DNA from: a virus | DNA: 47,547 nucleotides | Strand: one strand, 5' to 3' | Virus record (IMG/VR): IMGVR_UViG_3300045988_038566 | In this document: positions 25,059 to 32,280 of the stretch, in pieces | Position numbering within the stretch: position 1 is the stretch's first letter | Layout: each line of letters starts with the position of its first letter | The notes under the pieces: model-generated | Seen by the model: the letters and a program-made list of their open reading frames with translations, nothing else | Told to the model about the DNA's origin: nothing | Database searches by the model: none | Position numbers and translations under genes: made by a program

Positions 25059-25523
25059 TCACCCGGCGTCTGTCCCGGAAACACTGCCAGTGTCAACGGG
25101 CGGGCACTGGGCTTCTAAATCTTCTGGATTGTCTGGAACTAACAATGCAGGGTCCGCAGTAACAGCAGCAACAAGCCTGCGTTTGAAAAATTCCACGGCA
25201 GTTCTTCTAATTTCTGGGTCAAGTTCAAAGTACGTCTTTATGATTTCCAATTCAAGACCCGTGGCACCTTTAGACTTCACGAAGTCGTCAAGGCTGAATG
25301 TGTCCGGCTGTATATACATTTCACCAGAACCAGTGCGCAACCATTCTTCATTCACATTATAAAGAAGACAGATTGCCTTGATTGTCTGGTCAGTGACGGT
25401 TGAGCCGTCCCGTTCCATGTAGCTGACGCCAGTTTGCTTCATTCCCAGACTTACTGCAAATTCAGTCTGGCTGATGTGCAAAACATCTTTTCTAAAATGC
25501 TTCACACGTTCATTGATAGTCAT
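25059..25523 (-). CDS. XRE/cI-type HTH repressor
   Basis: 154 aa. HTH motif ISQTEFAVSLGMKQTGVSYMERDGSTVTDQTIKAICLLYNVNEEWL. It is divergent from the early rightward operon across an operator-containing region. Confidence 0.8.
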   Translation of the reverse strand: MTINERVKHFRKDVLHISQTEFAVSLGMKQTGVSYMERDGSTVTDQTIKAICLLYNVNEEWLRTGSGEMYIQPDTFSLDDFVKSKGATGLELEIIKTYFELDPEIRRTAVEFFKRRLVAAVTADPALLVPDNPEDLEAQCPPVDTGSVSGTDAG

Positions 25524-25556
25524 TTGACTTCACCGCCTTTCTTTTATGTTTAAAGA

Positions 25557-25655
25557 ATAGCAGTAACCGCTAAAAAAGTCAATATTAAAAACGGAAAAAG
25601 GGTTGACAAATAGCAGTAACCGCTATAATATATAGTTAAACAAGCAGTAACCGCT
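25557..25655. promoter_or_regulatory. Three operators AGCAGTAACCGCT (pseudo-palindrome AGCnGTnACnGCT) at 25559-25571, 25612-25624 and 25643-25655
   Basis: Direct reading. (A)ATAGCAGTAACCGCT occurs twice and CAAGCAGTAACCGCT once. The middle site overlaps the rightward promoter. Confidence 0.7.
25603..25631 (+). promoter_or_regulatory. Rightward early promoter (TTGACA ... TATAAT/TAATAT) overlapped by an operator
   Basis: TTGACA at 25603-25608. TATAAT at 25624-25629 gives a 15-nt spacer. TAATAT at 25626-25631 gives a 17-nt spacer. Confidence 0.6.
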
Positions 25656-25711
25656 ACAACAGAAGCGTTTACCGCTTGCGAAACCACACAGCATGAAAGG
25701 AGGAACAGACA

Positions 25712-25891
25712 ATGACAGAAGTTAAAAACATGGAAACCATGATTGCAACTGAAAACCAGCAGGAAGCAACAGAGGTCATGGCTTTTCTGGGGGAACTTGA
25801 ACCGCAGGAAAAGAAAGACTTTCTGGTGTTCATGCAGGGCATAAGATTTGCAAAGGGCATGGCACAGAAAATTGCGCCGCAGTCCGTATAA
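25712..25891 (+). CDS. Small hypothetical protein (59 aa), first gene of the rightward early operon
   Basis: ATG 25712 follows AAGGAGGAA. It is below the ORF-track cut-off. No HTH is evident. Confidence 0.5.
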   Translation: MTEVKNMETMIATENQQEATEVMAFLGELEPQEKKDFLVFMQGIRFAKGMAQKIAPQSV

Positions 25892-25905
25892 AGGAGGGCG
25901 CAGGA

Positions 25906-26043
25906 ATGGAAGTACAAGGAACATTCAATGCCCAGCGCTTTTTTGAAACGCTGGCGCTGATTATATCCCAGCGGGAGGGCGTGAAAGTCACCGTGACAGT
26001 GACACAGCCAGAGCCGGAGAAGAAAGAAAAGCAGTCAGCGTGA
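25906..26043 (+). CDS. Small hypothetical protein (45 aa)
   Basis: ATG 25906 follows AAGGAGGG. Sequence MEVQGTFNAQRFFETLALIISQREGVKVTVTVTQPEP... Confidence 0.45.
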   Translation: MEVQGTFNAQRFFETLALIISQREGVKVTVTVTQPEPEKKEKQSA

Positions 26044-26063
26044 GCGCCGGGCAGCAGCAGAAA

Positions 26064-26086
26064 CAAAGGTTTTTCAAAAGTCAATA
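26064..26086 (+). repeat. 23-nt direct repeat, left copy, flanking DGR target 2 (CAAAGGTTTTTCAAAAGTCAATA)
   Basis: Matches 27237-27259 at 22 of 23 positions. Confidence 0.85.
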
Positions 26087-26151
26087 GCAGTGAATAGCAG
26101 CAAGGCTGTTCAAATAAAAATCATACCAGATACAAGGAGGAAAGCCACAAA

Positions 26152-27159
26152 ATGAAAGAATTTGTGAAGAAAAAAGCAGTCATTGTCATGGACAGTGCAG
26201 GACTGCCAAACTACATGACCATGTTTTATATGGAGCCGGGGACCTATGAGCCGGAGGACGTGCCGGAACTGTTCAAAATCAGAAACAAGATTGTTCCTGC
26301 GGTTCTGGTGTCGCAGTTCACCAACACCATGATTAAGGGCGTCCCGGCGTCCTTACCTTACCAGCAGCCAAAACACACTATCAGTTATGATGAAGCGGCG
26401 GCAGCCTGCGGAAGAAAAGGCAAGGGCTGGCACCTTATGACAAATACAGAGTTTGTCTATCTACTGCATGAAGCAGAGGAACTGGGGCACACAATCGGCG
26501 GTAATACAAACTACGGCAGCAACTCAAAGAATGAGCAGGAAAGCGGCGTGAGATACGACAGCGCCGGACGCACGCTGACCGGGTGCGACCCCCTCACATG
26601 GTCCCATGACGGAACAGCAGACGGCGTGTTTGGTCTTTGCGGTAATTTCTGGGAATGGGTCACGGGCTTGCGTCTGCACAAAGGCGTTGTGGAATACACG
26701 CCGAACAACGACGCAGCAGTTGAGGGCTACACAGAGAAGCCAGACTGGACCGTTGCAGAGGTGAACGGCAGACCGTTGAAGCTGTACGGCAACAGTGCTG
26801 GTGATGTGGTAATGTCCGTTGCGGAAGAAATCGAAGAAAACTGGGAGGGCTGCCACATGGCAGACTTGCAGCTGGAAGAACTGGACGAAGTGCCGGAAAT
26901 TGCGTACAAGCTGGGAATTGTACCGCATGACTGGAAGCATGAAACAGCTGGACTTTGGGCAGACAGCGAACTTGAAGAAAGCGTGCCTATCCGGGGTTCG
27001 GGTTTCTACTACACTTCCAATGGTGGTGCTGGTGCGCTGATCTTGGACTACCCTCGTTCTCACGTCCTCAGCAATGTGTCGTTCCGTTCCGCTTTGTTCT
27101 TGGAAGACTGGGAACTGGTAACTGAATTACTGAAAGCGGGTGCGACAGCGCACGCATAA
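26152..27159 (+). CDS. DGR variable protein 2 (remote paralogue of target 1, C-type-lectin/FGE fold)
   Basis: 335 aa. Motifs GRKGKGWHL, GLCGNFWEWVTG and VPIRGSGFYYTSNGGAGAL... It is collinear with target 1. The VR lies 22 codons before the stop. Confidence 0.9.
   Translation: MKEFVKKKAVIVMDSAGLPNYMTMFYMEPGTYEPEDVPELFKIRNKIVPAVLVSQFTNTMIKGVPASLPYQQPKHTISYDEAAAACGRKGKGWHLMTNTEFVYLLHEAEELGHTIGGNTNYGSNSKNEQESGVRYDSAGRTLTGCDPLTWSHDGTADGVFGLCGNFWEWVTGLRLHKGVVEYTPNNDAAVEGYTEKPDWTVAEVNGRPLKLYGNSAGDVVMSVAEEIEENWEGCHMADLQLEELDEVPEIAYKLGIVPHDWKHETAGLWADSELEESVPIRGSGFYYTSNGGAGALILDYPRSHVLSNVSFRSALFLEDWELVTELLKAGATAHA
26984..27094 (+). repeat. DGR variable repeat VR2 (111 nt)
   Basis: Identical to TR except at 10 positions, all TR adenines. 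The homology extends 2 nt further 5' (from 26982). Confidence 0.92.
27101..27117 (+). promoter_or_regulatory. Candidate IMH-like element downstream of VR2 (TGGAAGACTGGGAACTG)
   Basis: Shares TGGAA and an exact 11-mer ACTGGGAACTG with the VR1 flank. Not present after TR. Confidence 0.4.
27140..27153 (+). other. Short hairpin with 4-nt loop downstream of VR2
   Basis: GTGCG, loop ACAG, CGCAC. The stem is only 5 bp, weaker than the VR1 hairpin. Confidence 0.3.
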
Positions 27160-27521
27160 AGAACAGATGTTCTGATATTTGACCCATGAAAAAGGGCAAG
27201 CAAAAAGCCTTTAAAGATGTGCCGGAAACACAAAATCAAAGGCTTTTCAAAAGTCAATATGTAATAATTCAATACACGTTTATTATACCATATTGGCGGC
27301 TACAAGTCAAACATTTTAGAGGGCGAAAGCCTTTGAAAATAGCGGGTTTCAAACCTGTTAAACGGGCTTGTATGGGGTATTAACATTCCTACGAAATATA
27401 TAAATATATATACGCTGTATGGATAATGAACAGGAGGGATAAGAGGGAGAAGAAGAACCCCACCCCACTTCTGGTATACCCTTATACGCTTAAAACGGTA
27501 TAGGACAGAAAAGGAAGTGCA
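27160..27521. other. Long non-coding region upstream of Rep: candidate replication origin
   Basis: 362 nt with no convincing ORF. It has three AAAGSCTTT motifs (about 27204, 27238, 27324), an AT tract ATATATAAATATATATA (about 27396-27412) and several short inverted repeats. Confidence 0.3.
27237..27259 (+). repeat. 23-nt direct repeat, right copy (CAAAGGCTTTTCAAAAGTCAATA)
   Basis: Matches 26064-26086 at 22 of 23 positions. Confidence 0.85.
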
Positions 27522-28460
27522 GTGGTGTTCATAAGGGAGAAGAAGATAGACTGCGCAGAGTATAGAGAAGTGGATATAATACCACGAACAGAAGCAGCAG
27601 AGCAGGCAAGCAGAGGAAAGAGGGGTAAGAAAAGAAAGGTTAATGCCCCAAAGCAAAAGGACTTGAACGACAAGAACGCTAAACGCTATCTGGTACAGTT
27701 GGGAAATGGCAACTTCCACATAGGGGACCTGCATACAAGTTGCACATATAGCGCAGAGAACCTGCCGGGAACGGTAGAGGAAGCAGAAAACATTGTGACA
27801 AACTACCTGCGGAGAATAGCATACCGCAGAAAGAAGCTGGGGTTAGAACCCCTTAAATACATACTGGTAACAGAATACAAGTACAGCAAGGATGGTCAGT
27901 GTCTTAAAAGAATACATCACCATATCATTATGAACGGCGGTTTAGACCGTGACGACGTGGAATTGATGTGGACGAAAGACCGTATCAACTGGAAGAAGAC
28001 AGACGACCCAGAGTATAGAGCCAGTATAAAGCAGCTGGGCTGGGTTAATGCAGACCGCCTGCAAATGAATGAGAACGGCATAGAGGGGCTTTGCAAGTAT
28101 ATTGTGAAAGACCCGCAGGGAAAGAAACGCTATTCAAGCAGCAGGAACCTTGACCGCCCGGAAACAACCAGAGAGGACGGAGGGGAAAAGCGGCAGCGTG
28201 ACCAGAACCACTGGAAGTATAGCCGCAATCTGTCAGACCCAACGGAAAAGTGCAATGATTTCAAGTACAGCAAACGCAAGGTAGAGCAGCTGGCGAAGTC
28301 ACCAGACGGCGGGCTGAAAGAATTTAAAAAGATTTACAGTGATTATGACATTGTTTCATGCGAACCCGTGTTTTATGAACAAACCGGGTGGCATATTTAC
28401 TTGAAAATGTGGAAAAAGAAGCCCAAAAAGGGCAGAAAGGAGGATAAAAAGTGCAGTTAG
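27522..28460 (+). CDS. HUH-superfamily rolling-circle replication initiator (Rep)
   Basis: 312 aa, GTG start after AAAGGAAG. Three HUH-type motifs appear in order: LHTSCTYS (motif 1-like), RIHHHIIMNG (HUH) and GLCKYIVKD (YxxK catalytic Tyr). Confidence 0.65.
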   Translation: MVFIREKKIDCAEYREVDIIPRTEAAEQASRGKRGKKRKVNAPKQKDLNDKNAKRYLVQLGNGNFHIGDLHTSCTYSAENLPGTVEEAENIVTNYLRRIAYRRKKLGLEPLKYILVTEYKYSKDGQCLKRIHHHIIMNGGLDRDDVELMWTKDRINWKKTDDPEYRASIKQLGWVNADRLQMNENGIEGLCKYIVKDPQGKKRYSSSRNLDRPETTREDGGEKRQRDQNHWKYSRNLSDPTEKCNDFKYSKRKVEQLAKSPDGGLKEFKKIYSDYDIVSCEPVFYEQTGWHIYLKMWKKKPKKGRKEDKKCS

Positions 28461-28750
28461 GTGAATTGATAGAGAAAATGACGACCAGTGACCGTCTGGT
28501 TATCATCAACGCTGCCGGGCAGGTGATATACCGTGGCTATGCGGCAAACTTTGCACACGGGACAATAAACCCATTGCGCCGGGTGAAACGCTTTGGGCTG
28601 GGTATGGAAACGTACAAGCGCACAGAAAAGATGTGGGACTGGGCAAACATACGGGAACTGCCGGAGCAGATACCAGTTGAACAGCTGGGACAATATGACA
28701 TAGGGCAGCTGCAACAGCTGTTATTTATCCGGGTGATTTTGGAGGAATAA
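28451..28750 (+). CDS. Hypothetical protein (99 aa)
   Basis: GTG 28451 follows AAGGAGGA and overlaps the Rep stop. Confidence 0.5.
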   Translation: MQLGELIEKMTTSDRLVIINAAGQVIYRGYAANFAHGTINPLRRVKRFGLGMETYKRTEKMWDWANIRELPEQIPVEQLGQYDIGQLQQLLFIRVILEE

Positions 28751-28753
28751 GGC

Positions 28754-29164
28754 ATGGAGAACGAAAAGAAAGCATGGCAGACGCCAGAATTGCAGGAAAT
28801 GGCAGTTGTTGTCCTATCACTGCACCAGAAATGGTGGCAGAAAATGGCAGCAGGTGAAAAGGTTCTGGAACTGCGGAAGTCAAAGCCGCAATGCAAAGCG
28901 CCGTTCCGGGTGCTGGTGTATGTCACAGGCGGCGTGGGCGTAGTCGGTGAATTTGTCTGCCCGGAAGTTCTGGAAATCAAGAACTTTGAAGAAGCAGAAA
29001 AGAAAAGCCGGGTGCCAGCACATGACATTCACAATTATGCGGCGGGCAGTAGAAACAAGGTGTATGGCTGGGAGATAACAGCCGTCAAGGAATATCCACA
29101 GGCAGTGGCGCTGGAAGAACTGGGAATGAAGCGTGCGCCGCAGTCGTGGCAGTATGTGAGGTAG
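28754..29164 (+). CDS. ASCH/PUA-like domain protein
   Basis: 136 aa. The pattern ...WWQKMAAGEKVLELRKSKP...PFRVLVYV...GEFVC...YGWEITAVKEY resembles ASCH domains. Confidence 0.45.
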   Translation: MENEKKAWQTPELQEMAVVVLSLHQKWWQKMAAGEKVLELRKSKPQCKAPFRVLVYVTGGVGVVGEFVCPEVLEIKNFEEAEKKSRVPAHDIHNYAAGSRNKVYGWEITAVKEYPQAVALEELGMKRAPQSWQYVR

Positions 29165-29169
29165 AGAAC

Positions 29170-29745
29170 ATGGACCAGATACAACGGGAAAAGATAGCTG
29201 CAAAGCTAAAGAAAATTAAAGCATTGGCAGAACGTGGAGTAGGCGGCGAGAAAGAAACCGCAATGCGTATGTATGAGGACTTAAAAGCCAGATACGAACT
29301 GGAAGACGAAGAAATCATGCTGGACGCAGTAACGCTTCACTGGTTCGGCTATGCAACGGAACTGGAAGAAGAACTGCTGACCCAGATTTTCTACAAGGTC
29401 ACGGGCGGCACGACATATCACATTTACACGGGCAAATACAGCCGCAGGAAGAAGCGTGGCTGCGATTGCACAGAGATTGAAGCAGCGGAAATCACATTGC
29501 TTTTCAATTTCTACAAAGCGGAATTGAAGCGGGAACTGGAAGCGTTCATGGTAGCTTTCAGAAGCGGCAACAACCTTTACCCGGACAAGACCGCCCGTTG
29601 CTACAAAGAGAACAACGGACCTGCGCCGGAGAGAACCGACGAAGAAAAGCGAATGTTGAAAAAGGCTGCGTGGTATTCACAGGTGCTTGACAAGAGAAGA
29701 CCGCCACGGGCACTGATTGGAGAACCGGAGGTGGAAGAAGATTGA
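29170..29745 (+). CDS. Hypothetical protein with a DUF2786-like N-terminal module
   Basis: 191 aa from ATG 29170. The N-terminus KIAAKLKKIKALAERGVGGEKETAMRMYEDLKARY is shared with the next gene. Confidence 0.5.
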   Translation: MDQIQREKIAAKLKKIKALAERGVGGEKETAMRMYEDLKARYELEDEEIMLDAVTLHWFGYATELEEELLTQIFYKVTGGTTYHIYTGKYSRRKKRGCDCTEIEAAEITLLFNFYKAELKRELEAFMVAFRSGNNLYPDKTARCYKENNGPAPERTDEEKRMLKKAAWYSQVLDKRRPPRALIGEPEVEED

Positions 29746-30128
29746 GTGAAGACAGAAAGAAAATCATTGCAAAGCTGATAAAGATAAAAGCCCTTGCGGA
29801 ACGTGGCGTGGGCGGGGAACAGGCAACAGCGCAGCTGATGTATGACACCTTAAAAAAGCGTTACGGCATAACAGACGAAGAAGTGAGCCGGGCAGCAGGC
29901 GGCACGGTGGACATAACGGAAATTGACTTGAAACAGTGCTGGGGGCTTGCCTTTGCGCTGGGAGTGATAGCAAACAACCTGCAAGACGAAATGGAGCTAT
30001 GCACAGTTTGTCCACATACTCACACAGAGGATTGCGCCGGGTGTGGAACCAGTGAAAACATAAAGGATTTGCAGATACAGTATGAAACCATGAAACAGAA
30101 ACTTGAAGAAGTGGCAATGGAGGTATAG
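29742..30128 (+). CDS. Hypothetical protein, N-terminal paralogue of the preceding gene
   Basis: 128 aa, TTG start overlapping the upstream TGA. The N-terminus KIIAKLIKIKALAERGVGGEQATAQLMYDTLKKRY is followed by a Cys-rich C-terminus. Confidence 0.5.
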   Translation: MSEDRKKIIAKLIKIKALAERGVGGEQATAQLMYDTLKKRYGITDEEVSRAAGGTVDITEIDLKQCWGLAFALGVIANNLQDEMELCTVCPHTHTEDCAGCGTSENIKDLQIQYETMKQKLEEVAMEV

Positions 30129-30131
30129 GGC

Positions 30132-30950
30132 ATGGCAAGAACAAAAATACTGGTGCCGCAAGAAAAGCAGTGCGGGTATACTTCCGTTATTGTTTCATAC
30201 AGCACGGGGATTGACAGCACGGGCGCTATTTACTGGGCAACACAGAACTTTGCGCCGGAAAAAATATTCCTGCTGTACTGCGACACTGGCGCAGAATACA
30301 GCGTGAATGAAGCGTTGTTTTTCAAGACTGCAAAGGTTCTGGGATTGAAACCAATATTGCTGAAAGCACCGAAAGACTTTTTATATCTGCTTTTGAATGA
30401 GCGGTTGAAGTTCCCGGACAGCAAGAACCGCTGGTGTACGGCGTATCTGAAAACGGCGGTGACAGACCACTGGATAAGAACGCACCGGGACATACTGGGT
30501 GAAAAGTGTTTGTTCATATCTGGGGAACGCCGGGACGAAAGCAGAGGGCGTGCAAAGCTGCCAGAATGTGAGTATCACAGCACGACATTGAAAACAGAGC
30601 GCAAGGGCAAGTTTGAATGTCACTGGCTGCGCCCAGTGCTGGACTACGAAAAAGGCAAGATGTTTGAATTTGGAAAGCGTCTGGGACTGGACCCGCACCC
30701 GTGCTATGAATACATTGACCGTTGCAGCTGCATGATGTGCATATTTGCGAAAAATGAACAGGTCATGGAGAACATGAAGCGACACCCGGAAGCAATGCGG
30801 AAATGGGTAGACGCAGAAGCAAAGCTGGGGTTCACATGGAAGCAGAAAACAAGCCTGCAAGAATTGTGGGACCAGTGCTTTGATATTGACGACGTGACCG
30901 AAACGGACACACCAGAACAGGCAGGAGGTGACGCCTGGTGCCAGCAGTAA
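30132..30950 (+). CDS. PAPS-reductase-family (PP-loop ATPase, DndC/IbrA-like) protein
   Basis: 272 aa. PP-loop-like VSYSTGIDSTG, plus ...FISGERRDES... and a C-terminal Cys cluster (CYEYIDRCSCMMC). Confidence 0.7.
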   Translation: MARTKILVPQEKQCGYTSVIVSYSTGIDSTGAIYWATQNFAPEKIFLLYCDTGAEYSVNEALFFKTAKVLGLKPILLKAPKDFLYLLLNERLKFPDSKNRWCTAYLKTAVTDHWIRTHRDILGEKCLFISGERRDESRGRAKLPECEYHSTTLKTERKGKFECHWLRPVLDYEKGKMFEFGKRLGLDPHPCYEYIDRCSCMMCIFAKNEQVMENMKRHPEAMRKWVDAEAKLGFTWKQKTSLQELWDQCFDIDDVTETDTPEQAGGDAWCQQ

Positions 30951-31201
30951 AAAGAAAAGCAATTCCAAAGGCGGTGCGGCAGCAGATGTATGACAGCTTG
31001 AACGGGCACTGCGGGTATTGCGGTTGTGAAATTACATACAAGGAAATGCAGGTGGACCACATAGAAGCGGTGTACCTGCATGAAGCAGAACTGAACGCCG
31101 GGGAAGCGCAGCAGGTGAACAGCATTGAAAATTATATGCCAGCGTGCAGAATGTGCAATTTCTATAAGTCAACAATGAGCATTGAAAGTTTCAGAAAGTA
31201 G
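30938..31201 (+). CDS. HNH endonuclease, terminated at an in-frame TAG (see 31199-31336)
   Basis: 87 aa. Motifs CGYCGCEI...MQVDHIEAV...NYMPACRMCNFYKS (HNH with a zinc-finger Cys pair). GTG start overlaps the upstream gene's end. Confidence 0.75.
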   Translation: MPAVKRKAIPKAVRQQMYDSLNGHCGYCGCEITYKEMQVDHIEAVYLHEAELNAGEAQQVNSIENYMPACRMCNFYKSTMSIESFRK

Positions 31202-31336
31202 CTGGAAACGCTGTCAGAAAGACTGGAAAAGCTGTTTATATACAGATTGGCGAAGAAATATGGGATTGTGCAGGAAATCAAAAAGCCAGTGCAGTTCTAT
31301 TTTGAAAAGCAGAAAGGAGGAACGGGCAATGCCTAA
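31199..31336 (+). other. TAG plus a 44-codon in-frame extension of the HNH gene (read-through segment or remnant of a nonsense-interrupted gene)
   Basis: After TAG 31199-31201 the same frame stays open to TAA 31334-31336. It encodes LETLSERLEKLFIYRLAKKYGIVQEIKKPVQFYFEKQKGGTGNA, which looks like protein. Confidence 0.5.
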
Positions 31337-31733
31337 AGGATATTACAGAAAGCGCAGCGAAGCCACAGAACAGGAAAGAGTTATAAACTGGGCGACGTTC
31401 TACGAAAAAGACTTCCCAGAACTGGCACTGCTGCACCATATCCCAAACGGCGGCAGCAGAAACCAACTGGAAGCCGCCAACCTCAAACGGCAGGGCGTGA
31501 AAGCTGGGGTGCCGGACTTATGCTTGCCAGTACCCAGAAACGGAAAACACGGGCTGTATGTGGAAATGAAGTGGCAGAAGAACAAGACCACGGACAAGCA
31601 GGACTGGTGGCTTGACCAGCTGCGGCAGCAGGGATATGAAACGGCGGTCTGCTGGACTGCGGAAGACGCAATGGACACCATAGCGGGTTATCTGGGAGTT
31701 ATGGAGCAGACAGGAAGAAAGGTGGAATTGTAA
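31329..31733 (+). CDS. VRR-NUC domain nuclease
   Basis: 134 aa from ATG 31329 (AAAGGAGGAA RBS). Motifs EQERVINW...HIPNGG...GVKAGVPDLCL...YVEMKWQKNKTTDKQDWWL. Confidence 0.75.
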   Translation: MPKGYYRKRSEATEQERVINWATFYEKDFPELALLHHIPNGGSRNQLEAANLKRQGVKAGVPDLCLPVPRNGKHGLYVEMKWQKNKTTDKQDWWLDQLRQQGYETAVCWTAEDAMDTIAGYLGVMEQTGRKVEL

Positions 31734-32032
31734 TGGGCTACATGGACAAGACATTGAAACAGACGGTGCCGTATTACAGCACCATGAAGCGTGCAGGGGT
31801 GTTCAGACAGCCCCAGAAGCCACAGAAGCGGCAGAAAAGAACGACACTGACAGAATATAGCCAGAACGGACAGAAAGCCGTATTGAAGCAGCACGTTACC
31901 GTCAATCAAGCAGCAAAGAAGCTGTATGACTATGAGCAGACGGGACTTTCACCACATGAGGTAGCAAACCTTGTTGAGCAGGTGCAGAACTTGACAAGGC
32001 GTGTCAAGAAGTATGAAAGCTGGGAAGAATGA
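31733..32032 (+). CDS. Hypothetical protein (99 aa)
   Basis: ATG overlaps the upstream TAA (TAATG), suggesting translational coupling. Confidence 0.5.
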   Translation: MGYMDKTLKQTVPYYSTMKRAGVFRQPQKPQKRQKRTTLTEYSQNGQKAVLKQHVTVNQAAKKLYDYEQTGLSPHEVANLVEQVQNLTRRVKKYESWEE

Positions 32033-32280
32033 CCGACGTTGAACGCTGCGTGATATGTAACGAGATTATCCCGGAGGGTTCGCAGGTCTGCACCGCCTGC
32101 CAGAAGAAATATGACATTGTGACCGGGGAAACAGAGGAAATGGCGCAGGAGTTGCGGGACGTGGCAGCAGTGCTGAAAATCACGGAAGCCACAGACACGA
32201 ACATTAGAACGTCAATGGAAAGCATACTGCGGATAGCAGACAGACTGGAAAGGAAGAACAAAGGTGAAAAAAGACGATAA
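32029..32280 (+). CDS. Hypothetical zinc-ribbon protein (83 aa)
   Basis: CVICNE...CTACQ motif. ATGA overlap with the upstream gene. Confidence 0.5.
   Translation: MTDVERCVICNEIIPEGSQVCTACQKKYDIVTGETEEMAQELRDVAAVLKITEATDTNIRTSMESILRIADRLERKNKGEKRR

Noticed and set aside
31182-31328. N-terminal 49-codon extension of the VRR-NUC ORF (MKVSESSWKRCQKDW...)
   Set aside because: It has no RBS and a Cys/Trp/Arg-rich out-of-frame composition. It overlaps the HNH read-through frame, which looks like genuine coding sequence. ATG 31329 has an AAAGGAGGAA RBS.
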